This document shows positions 35,700 through 45,821 of a stretch of DNA of 63,463 bases, one piece after another (the first letter of the stretch is position 1; every line of letters begins with the position of its first letter). This stretch comes from Parcubacteria group bacterium Greene0714_7. Its GTDB lineage: Bacteria > Patescibacteriota > Minisyncoccia > Phycocordibacterales > Phycocordibacteraceae. A program made the position numbers and the translations under genes. The stretch spans positions 1,012 to 64,474 of the forward strand of contig VMHB01000004.1 of assembly GCA_007378985.1 (NCBI GenBank), in the 5' to 3' direction. A model generated the notes under the pieces. That model had not been told where the DNA came from. It worked only from the letters and a program-made list of their open reading frames with translations, and ran no database searches.

Positions 35700-36629
35700 C
35701 TATATCTCTTCCTGAATAATATAAATTGGGCGTTTTTTAGTCTCTTCAAATGTCTTACCGAGGTAAAGTGCAATGATGCCGAGCATTACCGACAAAAAAC
35801 CAAAGATAAGCCAAAGTGAACCCATAAGTAATGCGAACGACTGAGTAGAACCCCCAAGGAATCCTTGTGTCACTGCAAATACAAGGTACCCACCCGCACA
35901 CAGAACAACAAGAATGCCGACTTTTATAATCAGGCGGAGTGGTTTTTCTGAATAGGCAAGAATGATATCCGTGGCAAGACTAAAAAGTTTTACGAATGAA
36001 TAACCGGATTTCCCACCTTTCCGTGGCGCGTGTTCCACTGGCACGGTTGCTGTACGAAATCCTACCCACCGCACCATAACGGAGAAATACCGCATATGGT
36101 CCTGAATCGAAAGAACGGCATCAATGACCTTCCGATGATACAGCCCAAAATTCGTGAGCGTACGGTTATGACGACGCCCTGTGAGATAATTAAGAGAGGA
36201 ATAAAATCCCCACGACACCAAAGACCGGAGTGCGCTGTCATGCCGTTTCTGCCGTGATCCAACGACAACGAAAAATCCGCTCTGTGCTTTCTGATACATT
36301 TTTTCAATCCCTTCCGGCTGATCTTGCAAATCGCAGTCCATAACAACAACCCACTTGCCACGACTTGCGGAAAGTCCAGCAGTAATTGCCGGGTACTGAC
36401 CAAAGTTGCGCGAAAGATTGATGCCGCGAACGCGCTTATCGAGCACTGCCAACTCTTGTATAACCTGCCATGCACTATCAGGGCTGGCATCATTCACAAA
36501 AATTATCTCAAAATGCGAAGTGATTTTTTTGAGCGTTTGGAGAGTACGCTGGTACAGTTCGTTCAGTATTTCTGCAGAACCATACACGGGAACCACTACC
36601 GATATTTCAGGTTGCACGCTCTGATCCAT
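35700..36629 (-). CDS. GT2 polyprenyl-phosphate glycosyltransferase (GtrB/ArnC-like) with C-terminal TM helices
   Basis: ISVVVPVYGSAEIL, FVNDASPD, DCDLQD, and two C-terminal TM segments. Confidence 0.8.
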   Translation of the reverse strand: MDQSVQPEISVVVPVYGSAEILNELYQRTLQTLKKITSHFEIIFVNDASPDSAWQVIQELAVLDKRVRGINLSRNFGQYPAITAGLSASRGKWVVVMDCDLQDQPEGIEKMYQKAQSGFFVVVGSRQKRHDSALRSLVSWGFYSSLNYLTGRRHNRTLTNFGLYHRKVIDAVLSIQDHMRYFSVMVRWVGFRTATVPVEHAPRKGGKSGYSFVKLFSLATDIILAYSEKPLRLIIKVGILVVLCAGGYLVFAVTQGFLGGSTQSFALLMGSLWLIFGFLSVMLGIIALYLGKTFEETKKRPIYIIQEEI

Positions 36630-36730
36630 ATGAAGCCTATAGTACTATCTTTGGCAAATTTAAAAAGGTTGGCCTTGTAGTGAGTCTTGGTTCGTTTGTT
36701 TATGCTGGAATGCCCCCATCTAATCAACCA

Positions 36731-37834
36731 TCAATCGACGAAGTATTCAGCAATTATGTGTTCGGCGCGCCGTTTCCACGAATATTCCTCAACGTGCTTT
36801 AGGGCTTCCTGTGCGCGTGCACTCCCATCAATGAGGGCACGTCCAATACCTTCCGCAAGCGCCACAGCATCGTCAGGTGGCACAAGATACGCAGTCTGTT
36901 CATCCAACACTTCGCGAATACTTGGCAAATCACTCGCCACAATAGGAATACCACTCGTCATATAGGCAAAAAGTTTTAGTGGAGATGTAAATCGTGTTGA
37001 AATTTCATCGGTACCGGTATTTGGAAGAACCAACACATTAGCTGCCGCCATATTATCTGCAAGCTCTTTGTACGGACGAAAACCAAGAAATCGTACATTT
37101 GGATAGCGGTGAGATAACTCCGCCACTTGTGCAGGCTCACCACCAATAACCACAAGCACGCTATTGTTCGGTAGATTCTTTGATGCCTCTAGAAGCGTGA
37201 CGACTCCTTTCCAACCATCAAGTCGTCCGATATACATCACAATGTCCGCGTCGTGAGGAAGGTTGAGGCGTGTGCGAGCAGCGTCTTTAGATTGCGGATG
37301 TGCGAACTGTTCTATGTCGACGCCGTCCTCTGCAACTGAGATTTTTTCTGCAGGAACACCTTTTTTGATATAAAAATCTTTTAGTCCTTGCGATATGACA
37401 ACAATGCGTTTTGCCCGCCTCGCCACCGTACGCGCGGCTCTGTTCCAAGACCCCGTATGGGATTCCCACACATACGGCAGATGCAAATGCATAAGAACCA
37501 GTTCGTCTCTACTGTAAAGCATCTCGAAGGTTTTCTTGCCAATATATCGGCGAACCGCGAATGCAAAAAGAAATGACTCCAAAAGAAATCCTATTCTTCC
37601 GTATCGAACGGTATCCCATACGGGAAGGCGTCGTATGTTAAATTTCCCCGTTATTTCGTAATATGAAAAAACCTCTTCCGTAATATCTGTCTTTCTGTTT
37701 GGAGCAACGAGTTCGACATCATGACCAAGTGTGGAAAATGCTTCGCATGTCTTCATAATCTGCACACCGTGCGCCTTCTCGGTCGGCAAGCGTATGTTTG
37801 CGATATAGCAGATAGAGAGTTTCTTATGCGACAT
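36731..37834 (-). CDS. GT4 glycosyltransferase
   Basis: Start placed at MSHKKLSICYIANIRLPTEKAHGVQ. C-domain TSGIPIVASD. Confidence 0.8.
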   Translation of the reverse strand: MSHKKLSICYIANIRLPTEKAHGVQIMKTCEAFSTLGHDVELVAPNRKTDITEEVFSYYEITGKFNIRRLPVWDTVRYGRIGFLLESFLFAFAVRRYIGKKTFEMLYSRDELVLMHLHLPYVWESHTGSWNRAARTVARRAKRIVVISQGLKDFYIKKGVPAEKISVAEDGVDIEQFAHPQSKDAARTRLNLPHDADIVMYIGRLDGWKGVVTLLEASKNLPNNSVLVVIGGEPAQVAELSHRYPNVRFLGFRPYKELADNMAAANVLVLPNTGTDEISTRFTSPLKLFAYMTSGIPIVASDLPSIREVLDEQTAYLVPPDDAVALAEGIGRALIDGSARAQEALKHVEEYSWKRRAEHIIAEYFVD

Positions 37835-38744
37835 AGGCTTCGATAATGCGCGGAATAAGACTTTGGAGCGAATGATGTTCGCGAATGTACGAGGGTGAGA
37901 GTGGAAGAGTGCTGATTGCAGGATCGGTGGAATCGACCAGGCAACCACATGCAGCAGCTTCTAAAACTACCTTGTCCAAAGAGCCAGTCTCACTGGTATG
38001 TATTAGTTTGCATGCCATCTGATATTCATAGAGAAGCTGTTCTTGAGTTAACGAACCCAAAAATTTAACCTCGGCGTTAAGCTCCTTCGCATACGCCTTG
38101 AGGCGATCACGCTCAGGTCCATCGCCGACTACACGAAGCGCCAGTCCAGCATCTTTCGCTCTCTGAATAGCGAGATCGTGACGCTTGGTGGGCATAAGAC
38201 GCCCAACAGAAAGAAGGTGATTCCCGCGGGACACCTTCTCGTCTGGGGCGAAAAATTCGATATCAATTCCGTGCCCCATAACCTGCAGTTTTTTAGATGG
38301 CAGCCGAAAACTTTCCTTTGAGGCAGTAAAAATAGTATCTGCAAAAAGCTCAGCGACACGCAGTTTTAAATTTACCGATTTGTGCGTATACCATAAACCT
38401 ACTGGTTTTCGCCAAAGCTTCCAAAAACACCCTGCAAGCAGAACATATTCAGGATTCATATGCACAAGCACAGTGTCATAATTTTTTCGCAATTTCCAAA
38501 TCAGATATAAAAACCGAAATCCATAGCCTATTCGCTTGAGCAAACCACTATCATATATGATAGTGGTTTGCTCTTTACCAATTGAATGAATATGGACGTT
38601 TGAGGGAAGTTTGTGTTTCCCCTCTTTTAAACAAATAACCTCTATGTGCTCTACATGCTTTGCAAATTCTTCAATCCAACGATGAAAAAATCCTAAAATA
38701 GGATCATTCTTGTCAACAATTTGGGTGACAATAAGAAGTTTCAT
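37824..38744 (-). CDS. Glycosyltransferase (GT1/GT4-like)
   Basis: MKLLIVTQIVDKNDPILGFFHRWI, SETGSLDKVVLEAAACG. Confidence 0.65.
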   Translation of the reverse strand: MKLLIVTQIVDKNDPILGFFHRWIEEFAKHVEHIEVICLKEGKHKLPSNVHIHSIGKEQTTIIYDSGLLKRIGYGFRFLYLIWKLRKNYDTVLVHMNPEYVLLAGCFWKLWRKPVGLWYTHKSVNLKLRVAELFADTIFTASKESFRLPSKKLQVMGHGIDIEFFAPDEKVSRGNHLLSVGRLMPTKRHDLAIQRAKDAGLALRVVGDGPERDRLKAYAKELNAEVKFLGSLTQEQLLYEYQMACKLIHTSETGSLDKVVLEAAACGCLVDSTDPAISTLPLSPSYIREHHSLQSLIPRIIEAYVA

Positions 38745-38747
38745 AGA

Positions 38748-39002
38748 TTAACGATAGATGTCGTGACTACCGACGGTAACAAACTGTGCCGTATCTTTTT
38801 TGATATATACAATAATACGATAGGCAAAATTAGCAGAGAAGGCATGAAACTTTTTTAAATCACCTGACAGTTTATGGAGTTGCAATGAAGTGTCGCGAGG
38901 TGATTGTTGAAAACGTGTTACTGCGTGCAACACCTCTTCCTGTACATCCTTCGGCAGTTTGTTAAACGAACGAACAAAACGACGCGTATAGAGGCATTTC
39001 AT
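38748..39002 (-). CDS. RelE/ParE-family type II toxin
   Basis: 84 aa, FAYRIIVYIKKDTAQFVTVGSHDIY. Paired with an upstream RHH gene. Confidence 0.75.
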   Translation of the reverse strand: MKCLYTRRFVRSFNKLPKDVQEEVLHAVTRFQQSPRDTSLQLHKLSGDLKKFHAFSANFAYRIIVYIKKDTAQFVTVGSHDIYR

Positions 39003-39013
39003 ATGCCCATTAT

Positions 39014-39238
39014 TTATTTAGAAAATCTCTTAGCCAAAGTGCGCAAGTCACCAGAATACACACGACCAGCACGAATATCTTCTTCCGCTTCACGGATTTC
39101 AGCAAGCGCTCGCTCTTCCCGAAGAAGCCGGAGCGCGCTTCGCACGACGTGCGCCTTCGATTCGGCGCGCCCTTCTCGCAATTCACTCTTAATGAATTCT
39201 TCCAGATCTTTGTCGATTGGTGTAGTTATGGTGGTCAT
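39014..39238 (-). CDS. ParD/CopG-like ribbon-helix-helix antitoxin
   Basis: 74 aa, RAESKAHVVRSALRLLRE. Lies 11 nt upstream of the toxin. Confidence 0.7.
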   Translation of the reverse strand: MTTITTPIDKDLEEFIKSELREGRAESKAHVVRSALRLLREERALAEIREAEEDIRAGRVYSGDLRTLAKRFSK

Positions 39239-39261
39239 AAAGTACTATAATATAGTACTTT
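39239..39261. promoter_or_regulatory. 23-nt palindrome AAAGTACTATA-A-TATAGTACTTT, candidate TA operator
   Basis: Perfect 11-bp arms abutting the antitoxin ATG. A third half-site, GATAGTAC, follows. Confidence 0.5.
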
Positions 39262-39297
39262 ATGATAGTACGTCAAGATACCTAGCGAGAACAAAAT

Positions 39298-39819
39298 TCA
39301 CGGAAGTTCATCAAAAGAGCGAATAACTGCATGCGTACCTGCTCCAGATACCCCATCGCGACGCATTTCATAGAGCTGAACCTGAGGGCAATGTAGGGCT
39401 ACTGAATCAAGTTCACTAATTTTATCGTCAATAAAAATCAAAGGTTCTTCATATGAACTAATCATACGAGCAATAAATGTACCCTTCCTTTCATCACCAT
39501 TATAAAAAATCGGTAAGGATGGCTTGACATGAAAGACACTTTCCAGTTTTGCTTTTTGAAGTTCGACATTACCCGCAGTAACTATTGCGGTGTTGCCGTT
39601 GTTTTTCCTTAAAAACTCATCAGCATCTGGATACATAAAACGCTGTAATTCTCCTGGAGCAAAAACGAGTAAGCCTTTCGTAGTTAGAGAATTTAACTCG
39701 GTTGCCATTTCTACTTCAGAAAGAGAAAGAAGTCGACTCAGGTTATCTCGCTCTAGAATGTAAGCCAGAAAAGCTGAAGTATCAAAAAGTGTCCTATCGA
39801 AGTCGAGAAAATAGGTCAT
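39298..39819 (-). CDS. HAD-superfamily hydrolase-like protein
   Basis: MTYFLDFDRTLFDT (DxD motif). Confidence 0.55.
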   Translation of the reverse strand: MTYFLDFDRTLFDTSAFLAYILERDNLSRLLSLSEVEMATELNSLTTKGLLVFAPGELQRFMYPDADEFLRKNNGNTAIVTAGNVELQKAKLESVFHVKPSLPIFYNGDERKGTFIARMISSYEEPLIFIDDKISELDSVALHCPQVQLYEMRRDGVSGAGTHAVIRSFDELP

Positions 39820-39821
39820 GG

Positions 39822-40925
39822 TTATAGAAATGATTGAATTACCTCAGCTATTTTTTTCGGATCATGACGAATAAGACTTCTCTCAATGACATCGCCCTCA
39901 ATCTTGTGAAGTGGCACCACGTCGGCGAATGTACCACGCACTACACGAGGATCATCTCCAAGGTCATCAATTACAGGAAATGCATTTTTCTTTTCATAAT
40001 ATTCCAAAATATCAGCAGGGATATGCCCAGTATGCATAATAATATGGTCTGGTTTTCTGCCTGCATACGCTTCGATCTCCGCAACATGTTTTGATGCGCT
40101 ATATCCGCTCGTTTCAGAAGCGGTACTGAAAATGTTTACAAAATAAATAAGGCACGCATTTGATTTTCTAACGGCCTCCTTAAGACCAGGGACAGCAAAA
40201 TTTGCCAAAGTCGATGTATACAAATCTCCCGGTCCTAGAATAATAAAATCTGCCGAATCAACAGCAAGCTCTGCTTGATCAGCCAGTGAAATCTTCTCGG
40301 ACACACTCAGTCCAACAATCGCTGGCCCACCAGCCGGGCGAGCATTAATAGCGTGTTGACCAACTATTCTTTCACCACCTTCAAGCTCTGCAACTAAAGT
40401 AGCTGGGAAGTCAGACACAGGCACCACATACCCGCGCACACGAAGAATTTCCGAAACAGCACGAATAGCTGCCCCATCAGACCCAAGTTTGTCAGTGAGT
40501 GCGGTAAGTAAAAGATTACCAAGGTTGTGCCCAGCTATGTCCCCTTTTGAAAATCGGTAAGTAAAAATATCTCGAAGCATCGTGCCGTCTTTTGCAAGAG
40601 CAACAAGCGCTTGCCGTGCATCTCCCAATGGAAGAAACCCGTATGAGTCACGCAAACGACCCGTTGAACCACCATCATCCGCTACAGAAACGACAGCCGA
40701 AAGGGACACTCCTGACAACGACTTTAAAGCTGAAAGAACGACAAATGTCCCTGTGCCACCTCCAATGGTAACAATGCGCTTCGCATTTGTTACAAAGCGA
40801 TGCCCAGAAACTATGGCATTACGAACCGCGTGAGCACGACTCTCTGAGGTACGAGAAGGTCCAAAAATTGCAAGGAAGTGTGTCCCGATACGACGAGGAA
40901 TATTTATGTGAGGTTTCTTGCTCAT
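39822..40925 (-). CDS. YvcK/CofD-family protein, paralog B (N-terminal extension)
   Basis: VTIGGGTGTFVVLSALK, DDGGSTGRLRD. Confidence 0.8.
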   Translation of the reverse strand: MSKKPHINIPRRIGTHFLAIFGPSRTSESRAHAVRNAIVSGHRFVTNAKRIVTIGGGTGTFVVLSALKSLSGVSLSAVVSVADDGGSTGRLRDSYGFLPLGDARQALVALAKDGTMLRDIFTYRFSKGDIAGHNLGNLLLTALTDKLGSDGAAIRAVSEILRVRGYVVPVSDFPATLVAELEGGERIVGQHAINARPAGGPAIVGLSVSEKISLADQAELAVDSADFIILGPGDLYTSTLANFAVPGLKEAVRKSNACLIYFVNIFSTASETSGYSASKHVAEIEAYAGRKPDHIIMHTGHIPADILEYYEKKNAFPVIDDLGDDPRVVRGTFADVVPLHKIEGDVIERSLIRHDPKKIAEVIQSFL

Positions 40926-40927
40926 AT

Positions 40928-41908
40928 TTATAGTAATGCGCGGATTGCCGTCGCGATCTTCATTGAATCATGGCGAATGAGGCTTCGTGGCACGGTATCA
41001 CCTGCAACTTTCGGAGCCACAATCACATCAGCAAATGATCCACGAATAACTGATGCATCATGGGGTAAATCATCCACAATAGGAAGCTCATCCTCTTTCT
41101 TATACAGTTCCAAAATATCATCTGGAAACGCACCAACATGCATGATGATTGTATCGGGGCGTCTTCCTATATAGCGGGTAATCTCTTCAATATGACGCGA
41201 GGCGCTGTAACCATCTGTCTGTCCTGTTTTCGTAAAAAGATTCACAATGTAAACGAGATGTGCCTTTGCTCGAACAACTGCTTCGGCAAGTCCAGTAACT
41301 GTGAAATTCGCTAGAGTTGAAGTGTACAAATCTCCAGGTCCCAAAACGAGCATGTCAGCTTTAGTAACTGCATCGAGTGCATCTGGCGAAACTAGGGCGG
41401 GCTCTTTTGTTTTAAGCGAAACTATCGGGGATCGTCCTAATATGCGTTCATCAATGAGATGTTCACCAACAACTGTCTCTCCATTCTCAAGTTGTGCCAC
41501 AAGAGTTGCAGGTCGATCTGAAACCGGCACTACTTGCCCTTCAACACGAAGAATCTTTGATGCAGCTTCTATAGCGAGAGCGTCTGATCCAAGAATATCA
41601 GTGAGCGCAATTAAAAAGAGATTTCCGAAGTTATGTCCGTTAATGTCGCCTTTCGGAAATCGATAATTAAATAAAGAGCGCATAAGTGGGGCGCCAGTAT
41701 CATCCGCAAGCGCAATCAATGCTTGTCTCGCATCTCCCAGTGGAAGAAATCCATATCCATCTCGAAGACGACCAGTAGAGCCACCATCGTCAGCAACTGA
41801 GACGATTGCTTTTAGAGATACACCTTCAGCATGTTTCAAGCCCGACAAAACAACGAAGGTGCCCGTGCCTCCACCAATAGTCACAATATTCTTTCGTAAA
41901 TCTCCCAT
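40928..41908 (-). CDS. YvcK/CofD-family protein, paralog A
   Basis: VTIGGGTGTFVVLSGLK, DDGGSTGRLRD. Confidence 0.85.
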   Translation of the reverse strand: MGDLRKNIVTIGGGTGTFVVLSGLKHAEGVSLKAIVSVADDGGSTGRLRDGYGFLPLGDARQALIALADDTGAPLMRSLFNYRFPKGDINGHNFGNLFLIALTDILGSDALAIEAASKILRVEGQVVPVSDRPATLVAQLENGETVVGEHLIDERILGRSPIVSLKTKEPALVSPDALDAVTKADMLVLGPGDLYTSTLANFTVTGLAEAVVRAKAHLVYIVNLFTKTGQTDGYSASRHIEEITRYIGRRPDTIIMHVGAFPDDILELYKKEDELPIVDDLPHDASVIRGSFADVIVAPKVAGDTVPRSLIRHDSMKIATAIRALL

Positions 41909-41920
41909 AGTGAAAAACTG

Positions 41921-42754
41921 TTACTGCGGGCCGTGTACACCTTCCAAAAGATCTGGATCTTTCCCCGTACTCTTGAGAAGTTGAATATTTTTTTCTTGAA
42001 GACTCTTTAATGCCTGTGCCCCTATACTGTCATTAACATGCAACGAATAAAAATCATTGAATGCAGAAAGATCCTTTATAAGACAATACCCACCTGCGCC
42101 ACGACCACCCTCAAAATTCACCGTGAGATGGGTTTTCCCGATACGCGGATCAGCGCCAAAAGCATCTTTTACTTTTTCGTAGTCAGCACCAATGGAATTT
42201 GATAAATCAAAAAGCATGTTTGCAAACACCACTTTCATTGCAAGAAAAACATTGCCTGCATACTTCACTAACTCACTTTCTTTTGATGCAATAATCGTCT
42301 GGAATGGTGCCTTAGGAAATGTAGCTAAAACAGTCTCTGCTGCTGCCAGGTGCTCTGGAGTGTCTTTTGGCATACCAATAATGTTCCGATCAGGATTCTG
42401 AACATCCGCATCAGCTGAACGCGCACGCAAAAATTCTGGCGAATGAAGTATGACTCTATCAGCGTACATTTCCTGAATCTTCTCGGTCGTACCAGGCAGA
42501 AGAGTAGACTTAATGACTGCAATTTTCCCTACACCGACGAGCCCGATTACTCCTTCAACGATAGACGAATCAAAACCCTCCGGGGTTGTAGGTGTTGGTA
42601 CCGCAATAATGACGATGTCGCATCCGGCAATTGCATCCTTATTTCCGACATACGCTGACTCCTTTGAATACCGCACTACCGAAAAGCCTCGACGCTCATA
42701 ATCGTCAGCATATGCTTTCCCAATGAATCCTTGTCCGATAAAACCAATTTGCAT
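41921..42754 (-). CDS. UDP-glucose/GDP-mannose dehydrogenase-family protein lacking the C-terminal domain
   Basis: MQIGFIGQGFIGKAY, SPEFLRARSA, GGYCLIKD. Only 277 aa. Confidence 0.6.
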   Translation of the reverse strand: MQIGFIGQGFIGKAYADDYERRGFSVVRYSKESAYVGNKDAIAGCDIVIIAVPTPTTPEGFDSSIVEGVIGLVGVGKIAVIKSTLLPGTTEKIQEMYADRVILHSPEFLRARSADADVQNPDRNIIGMPKDTPEHLAAAETVLATFPKAPFQTIIASKESELVKYAGNVFLAMKVVFANMLFDLSNSIGADYEKVKDAFGADPRIGKTHLTVNFEGGRGAGGYCLIKDLSAFNDFYSLHVNDSIGAQALKSLQEKNIQLLKSTGKDPDLLEGVHGPQ

Positions 42755-42799
42755 AGTGTGAGGTGAATAGTACTAAAATAAACGCCTTTAGGCGATACT

Positions 42800-43879
42800 T
42801 TATATAGAACACCTTGAGAGTACCCTTTGGTAACAGAGAAGATACTCTTCCATAGACATACTATGATGACGGGCAGACTCAAGAGCCTGAGCGCCCAAAA
42901 GCATTCGAAGTTTCTTATCTTCAATGAGGCGCTTCATAGCGTCCGCAATTGCCGAGCTAATTCCTGAAACTACTAAGGCTTCCTTTTTATCCTCGAGCAC
43001 TTCACCAACAATCCCAACATCAGTGGTTATGATTGCAAGACCCGAGAGCCCTGCTTCTATAAGAGATACTCCGTACCCTTCAAATCGAGACGCCTGAACA
43101 AACACATCTGCAGTTTTATAGTATGGCGCTGGATCTTGCCAACCAACAAAATGCACTCTGTCTCCTAACCCTAAACGCTTTACCCTAAACTCTAAATTCT
43201 TTCGAAGTGGTCCATCCCCAACAATTGTGAGTTCAGCCTCAGGGGTAAGAGCTATCGCATTAATAATTAAATGAACTCGTTTTTCGCTCGTCAATCTAGA
43301 AACTGATAGGAATTTTAAATTTCGTGGAGACTCTACCTCTACCCTCTTACCTCCTCCGTCGTATTCAGTATGAATAGGCAACACTGTCACCGGAACATTA
43401 GTAATTTTGCGCACACTTTTGGCAACACGCTCTGAAACAACACGGATGCAGGTAGCGCGACCTAAAATAAAAATAGCGAGCAACGCCTCAATAACACGAC
43501 GAGGTGATTCTGTAAGAAAACCGAAAGAAAAACAATCAGTATGCAATTGTACTTGAAGTGGAATGTGCCGAGCTTTCGCAATGCCATATCCCAACATACC
43601 GATAAAAAAAGGATCCTGCGCTGACACGATGTCATATGTCTTCTCTTTAATGAGCGCACGAAGAGCACGACGTGTATTTAAAAAACTAGTAAATTTATTT
43701 GCCCCTCCTGAAGTTATTGCTCGGACATTTGGCGCAAGCATGATCTCTTTCGGTGCTCCAACGCCCACCACAACAATTAATAGTTCGTCAACAATACTGC
43801 CGTAAAGAGCCATGCGATTTGCTACGCGTGAATCTGCATCAAAAATCTTTACATCACTTGAAAGCATCAACAGGCGCAT
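42800..43879 (-). CDS. GT4 glycosyltransferase
   Basis: FEGYGVSLIEAGLSGLAIITTDVG. Confidence 0.8.
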   Translation of the reverse strand: MRLLMLSSDVKIFDADSRVANRMALYGSIVDELLIVVVGVGAPKEIMLAPNVRAITSGGANKFTSFLNTRRALRALIKEKTYDIVSAQDPFFIGMLGYGIAKARHIPLQVQLHTDCFSFGFLTESPRRVIEALLAIFILGRATCIRVVSERVAKSVRKITNVPVTVLPIHTEYDGGGKRVEVESPRNLKFLSVSRLTSEKRVHLIINAIALTPEAELTIVGDGPLRKNLEFRVKRLGLGDRVHFVGWQDPAPYYKTADVFVQASRFEGYGVSLIEAGLSGLAIITTDVGIVGEVLEDKKEALVVSGISSAIADAMKRLIEDKKLRMLLGAQALESARHHSMSMEEYLLCYQRVLSRCSI

Positions 43880-43880
43880 A

Positions 43881-44996
43881 TCAATGTGTGTTCATCCCTT
43901 TTAGAAGCTTGGCGATTTCGTCAATCATGCGCTCATTAGAAAATTGCTTAACGCGCCGTTTCGCTGAAGCAACGAGATTGGCACGAAGTGTTGCGTCTCC
44001 CAAAAGAGCGTTTGTGTGATTCATAATTGCATCCGCATCATTTGTTTTCACGAGGTAGCCATTTTTTGCATGATCAACAATTTCCACATTGCCACCAACT
44101 TTGGTAGTGATAATAGGCACCCCAATTGCCATTGCCTCCAAAATAAGATGCGAAAATCCTTCGTATGCAGTATTGAGAATAAATACATCAGATGCACGAA
44201 GATAGCGTATGAGAATATCTCGCTCTAAAGATCCCGCAAAGATAACATCATTCTCAACGCCTGTTTCAACGGCGAGACGCTCGAGCATGCCTGCATCAGG
44301 ACCCGAACCGATAATAAGCAATTTTGTTTCTGGGAAAGATTTTTGAATCTTTGGTAAAAGTCGAATGAGCGTGTCAAAACCTTTCCACGGCACAAGCCTT
44401 CCTACCGACACAAGAAGTTTTCCATGAAATCGCAATAATCCACGGAGCACTGTTTTATTACCTGTGTCCCCTAAGTCTTCGATGCCGTTATATATAACTG
44501 AAACTTTTTTATGAGAGAGATTCCATGCGCCAAGGATTTTTGCTAAATACTTTGACGGAACCACAACTCTGTCGGCACGACTTGCAACAGCCCGTTCAAT
44601 AAAGCGAAATAGTTTAGGAACCAAAGGGAGTGTTGCATATTGAAATGATTCAAGTGTCCCTATGTAACCAAATCGCTGTGTTGCCTGCTCCCAAGCGTAG
44701 TCACCAACAATTTTCAGTACGAAAGTTTTTTTCATAAAAAACGCAGCAATCATCGTCGGCACACCAACAGACATTGGGTCTTGCGCATAAAGAATGTCAG
44801 CCCGACGACCTTCCTTAAGTATCAGAAAAAAATAGATGATGTGGCGTATGAATTTCGGGAAACGGCGCACTTTTATGAAGGGCAAAACAATCACTTCAAT
44901 CTCATACTGAGGAAGCGCCACCTCAAGTTTCCTTGAATAGGTTGCGGGTCCGCCAATCTCGGGCGGATAGAGTCCTGTTGTTATAAGGATACGCAT
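43881..44996 (-). CDS. GT4 glycosyltransferase
   Basis: YEGFSHLILEAMAIGVPIITTKVGGN. Confidence 0.8.
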   Translation of the reverse strand: MRILITTGLYPPEIGGPATYSRKLEVALPQYEIEVIVLPFIKVRRFPKFIRHIIYFFLILKEGRRADILYAQDPMSVGVPTMIAAFFMKKTFVLKIVGDYAWEQATQRFGYIGTLESFQYATLPLVPKLFRFIERAVASRADRVVVPSKYLAKILGAWNLSHKKVSVIYNGIEDLGDTGNKTVLRGLLRFHGKLLVSVGRLVPWKGFDTLIRLLPKIQKSFPETKLLIIGSGPDAGMLERLAVETGVENDVIFAGSLERDILIRYLRASDVFILNTAYEGFSHLILEAMAIGVPIITTKVGGNVEIVDHAKNGYLVKTNDADAIMNHTNALLGDATLRANLVASAKRRVKQFSNERMIDEIAKLLKGMNTH

Positions 44997-45047
44997 AGTG
45001 GCACTATAACAAAAAGCTATAAGAGTGTAGTGAAAGTCAATCTAGCC

Positions 45048-45821
45048 TCACAGAGTCAAGAACTGTCTGATGAGAGCGAGGGTTTCTTCAGGGTTCGATA
45101 CGGACTGCGTTGGTATTCCCGCCTCTTTTACTACTGCATCATTTCCACCCTCGAAAAGGGCATCCCCAACATAAAGCATCTCTCCCATAGGAATGCCTAC
45201 CATCTCTGAAAAGCGCTGAATACCATACGCCTTGGTAATGCCTGCCCTAGTAATGTCGATGGTATTCGAAGCATTGATACGGACAGAGAAATTTGGTAAT
45301 GCCTCAACGAGCAATTTCTGAAGTGGCATACGCTTCTCCTGCGTCGGGTCCCATGCACGCTTAAGTTCAATGGGTGCGTTTTGACCAAGAGCAGAAAAAC
45401 TTATCTGTGCTCCTCTATCCTCCGTGCGTTCTCCGAATGTTGGTGTCGAATCATCGACTATATGTGTCTTTGCAATTCCTGCATTCAAGGCAGCCATGAT
45501 CTCCTGTTTTTCATCGGGAGTGAAATCATGGCTGTACACAAGACGCCATTCATTTTCTTTGTACGCATAACACCGTGCGGCACTTGTTGGGAAAAGATGC
45601 AAACGCTCTAGGTGTGACCCTACAGGGAGAAACGGCACCACTTGTTTTTGAAACTGAGTATACGAGCCTCCCGACATAATTCCCACTGGCAGGCGAACCA
45701 GTAGATGGGCGAGTGCCTCGCCCATCTCTGGCGTCATTTCGCACTTGCTTTCCGTCAAGGTGCCATCAAGATCGAAAGCTAGTGCACGAACATTTTCAAG
45801 TGCGTCCATATTTATCCTCAT
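45048..45821 (-). CDS. HAD-IIB phosphatase/phosphomannomutase-like protein
   Basis: ALAFDLDGTLTES, YVGDALFEGGND. Confidence 0.65.
   Translation of the reverse strand: MRINMDALENVRALAFDLDGTLTESKCEMTPEMGEALAHLLVRLPVGIMSGGSYTQFQKQVVPFLPVGSHLERLHLFPTSAARCYAYKENEWRLVYSHDFTPDEKQEIMAALNAGIAKTHIVDDSTPTFGERTEDRGAQISFSALGQNAPIELKRAWDPTQEKRMPLQKLLVEALPNFSVRINASNTIDITRAGITKAYGIQRFSEMVGIPMGEMLYVGDALFEGGNDAVVKEAGIPTQSVSNPEETLALIRQFLTL

Noticed and set aside
43150-43200. CCTAACCCTAAACGCT similarity to the heptad module, inside a GT4 gene
   Set aside because: It lies in-frame within a conserved glycosyltransferase region (..KRLGLGDRVHF..). The short match is best explained by chance.
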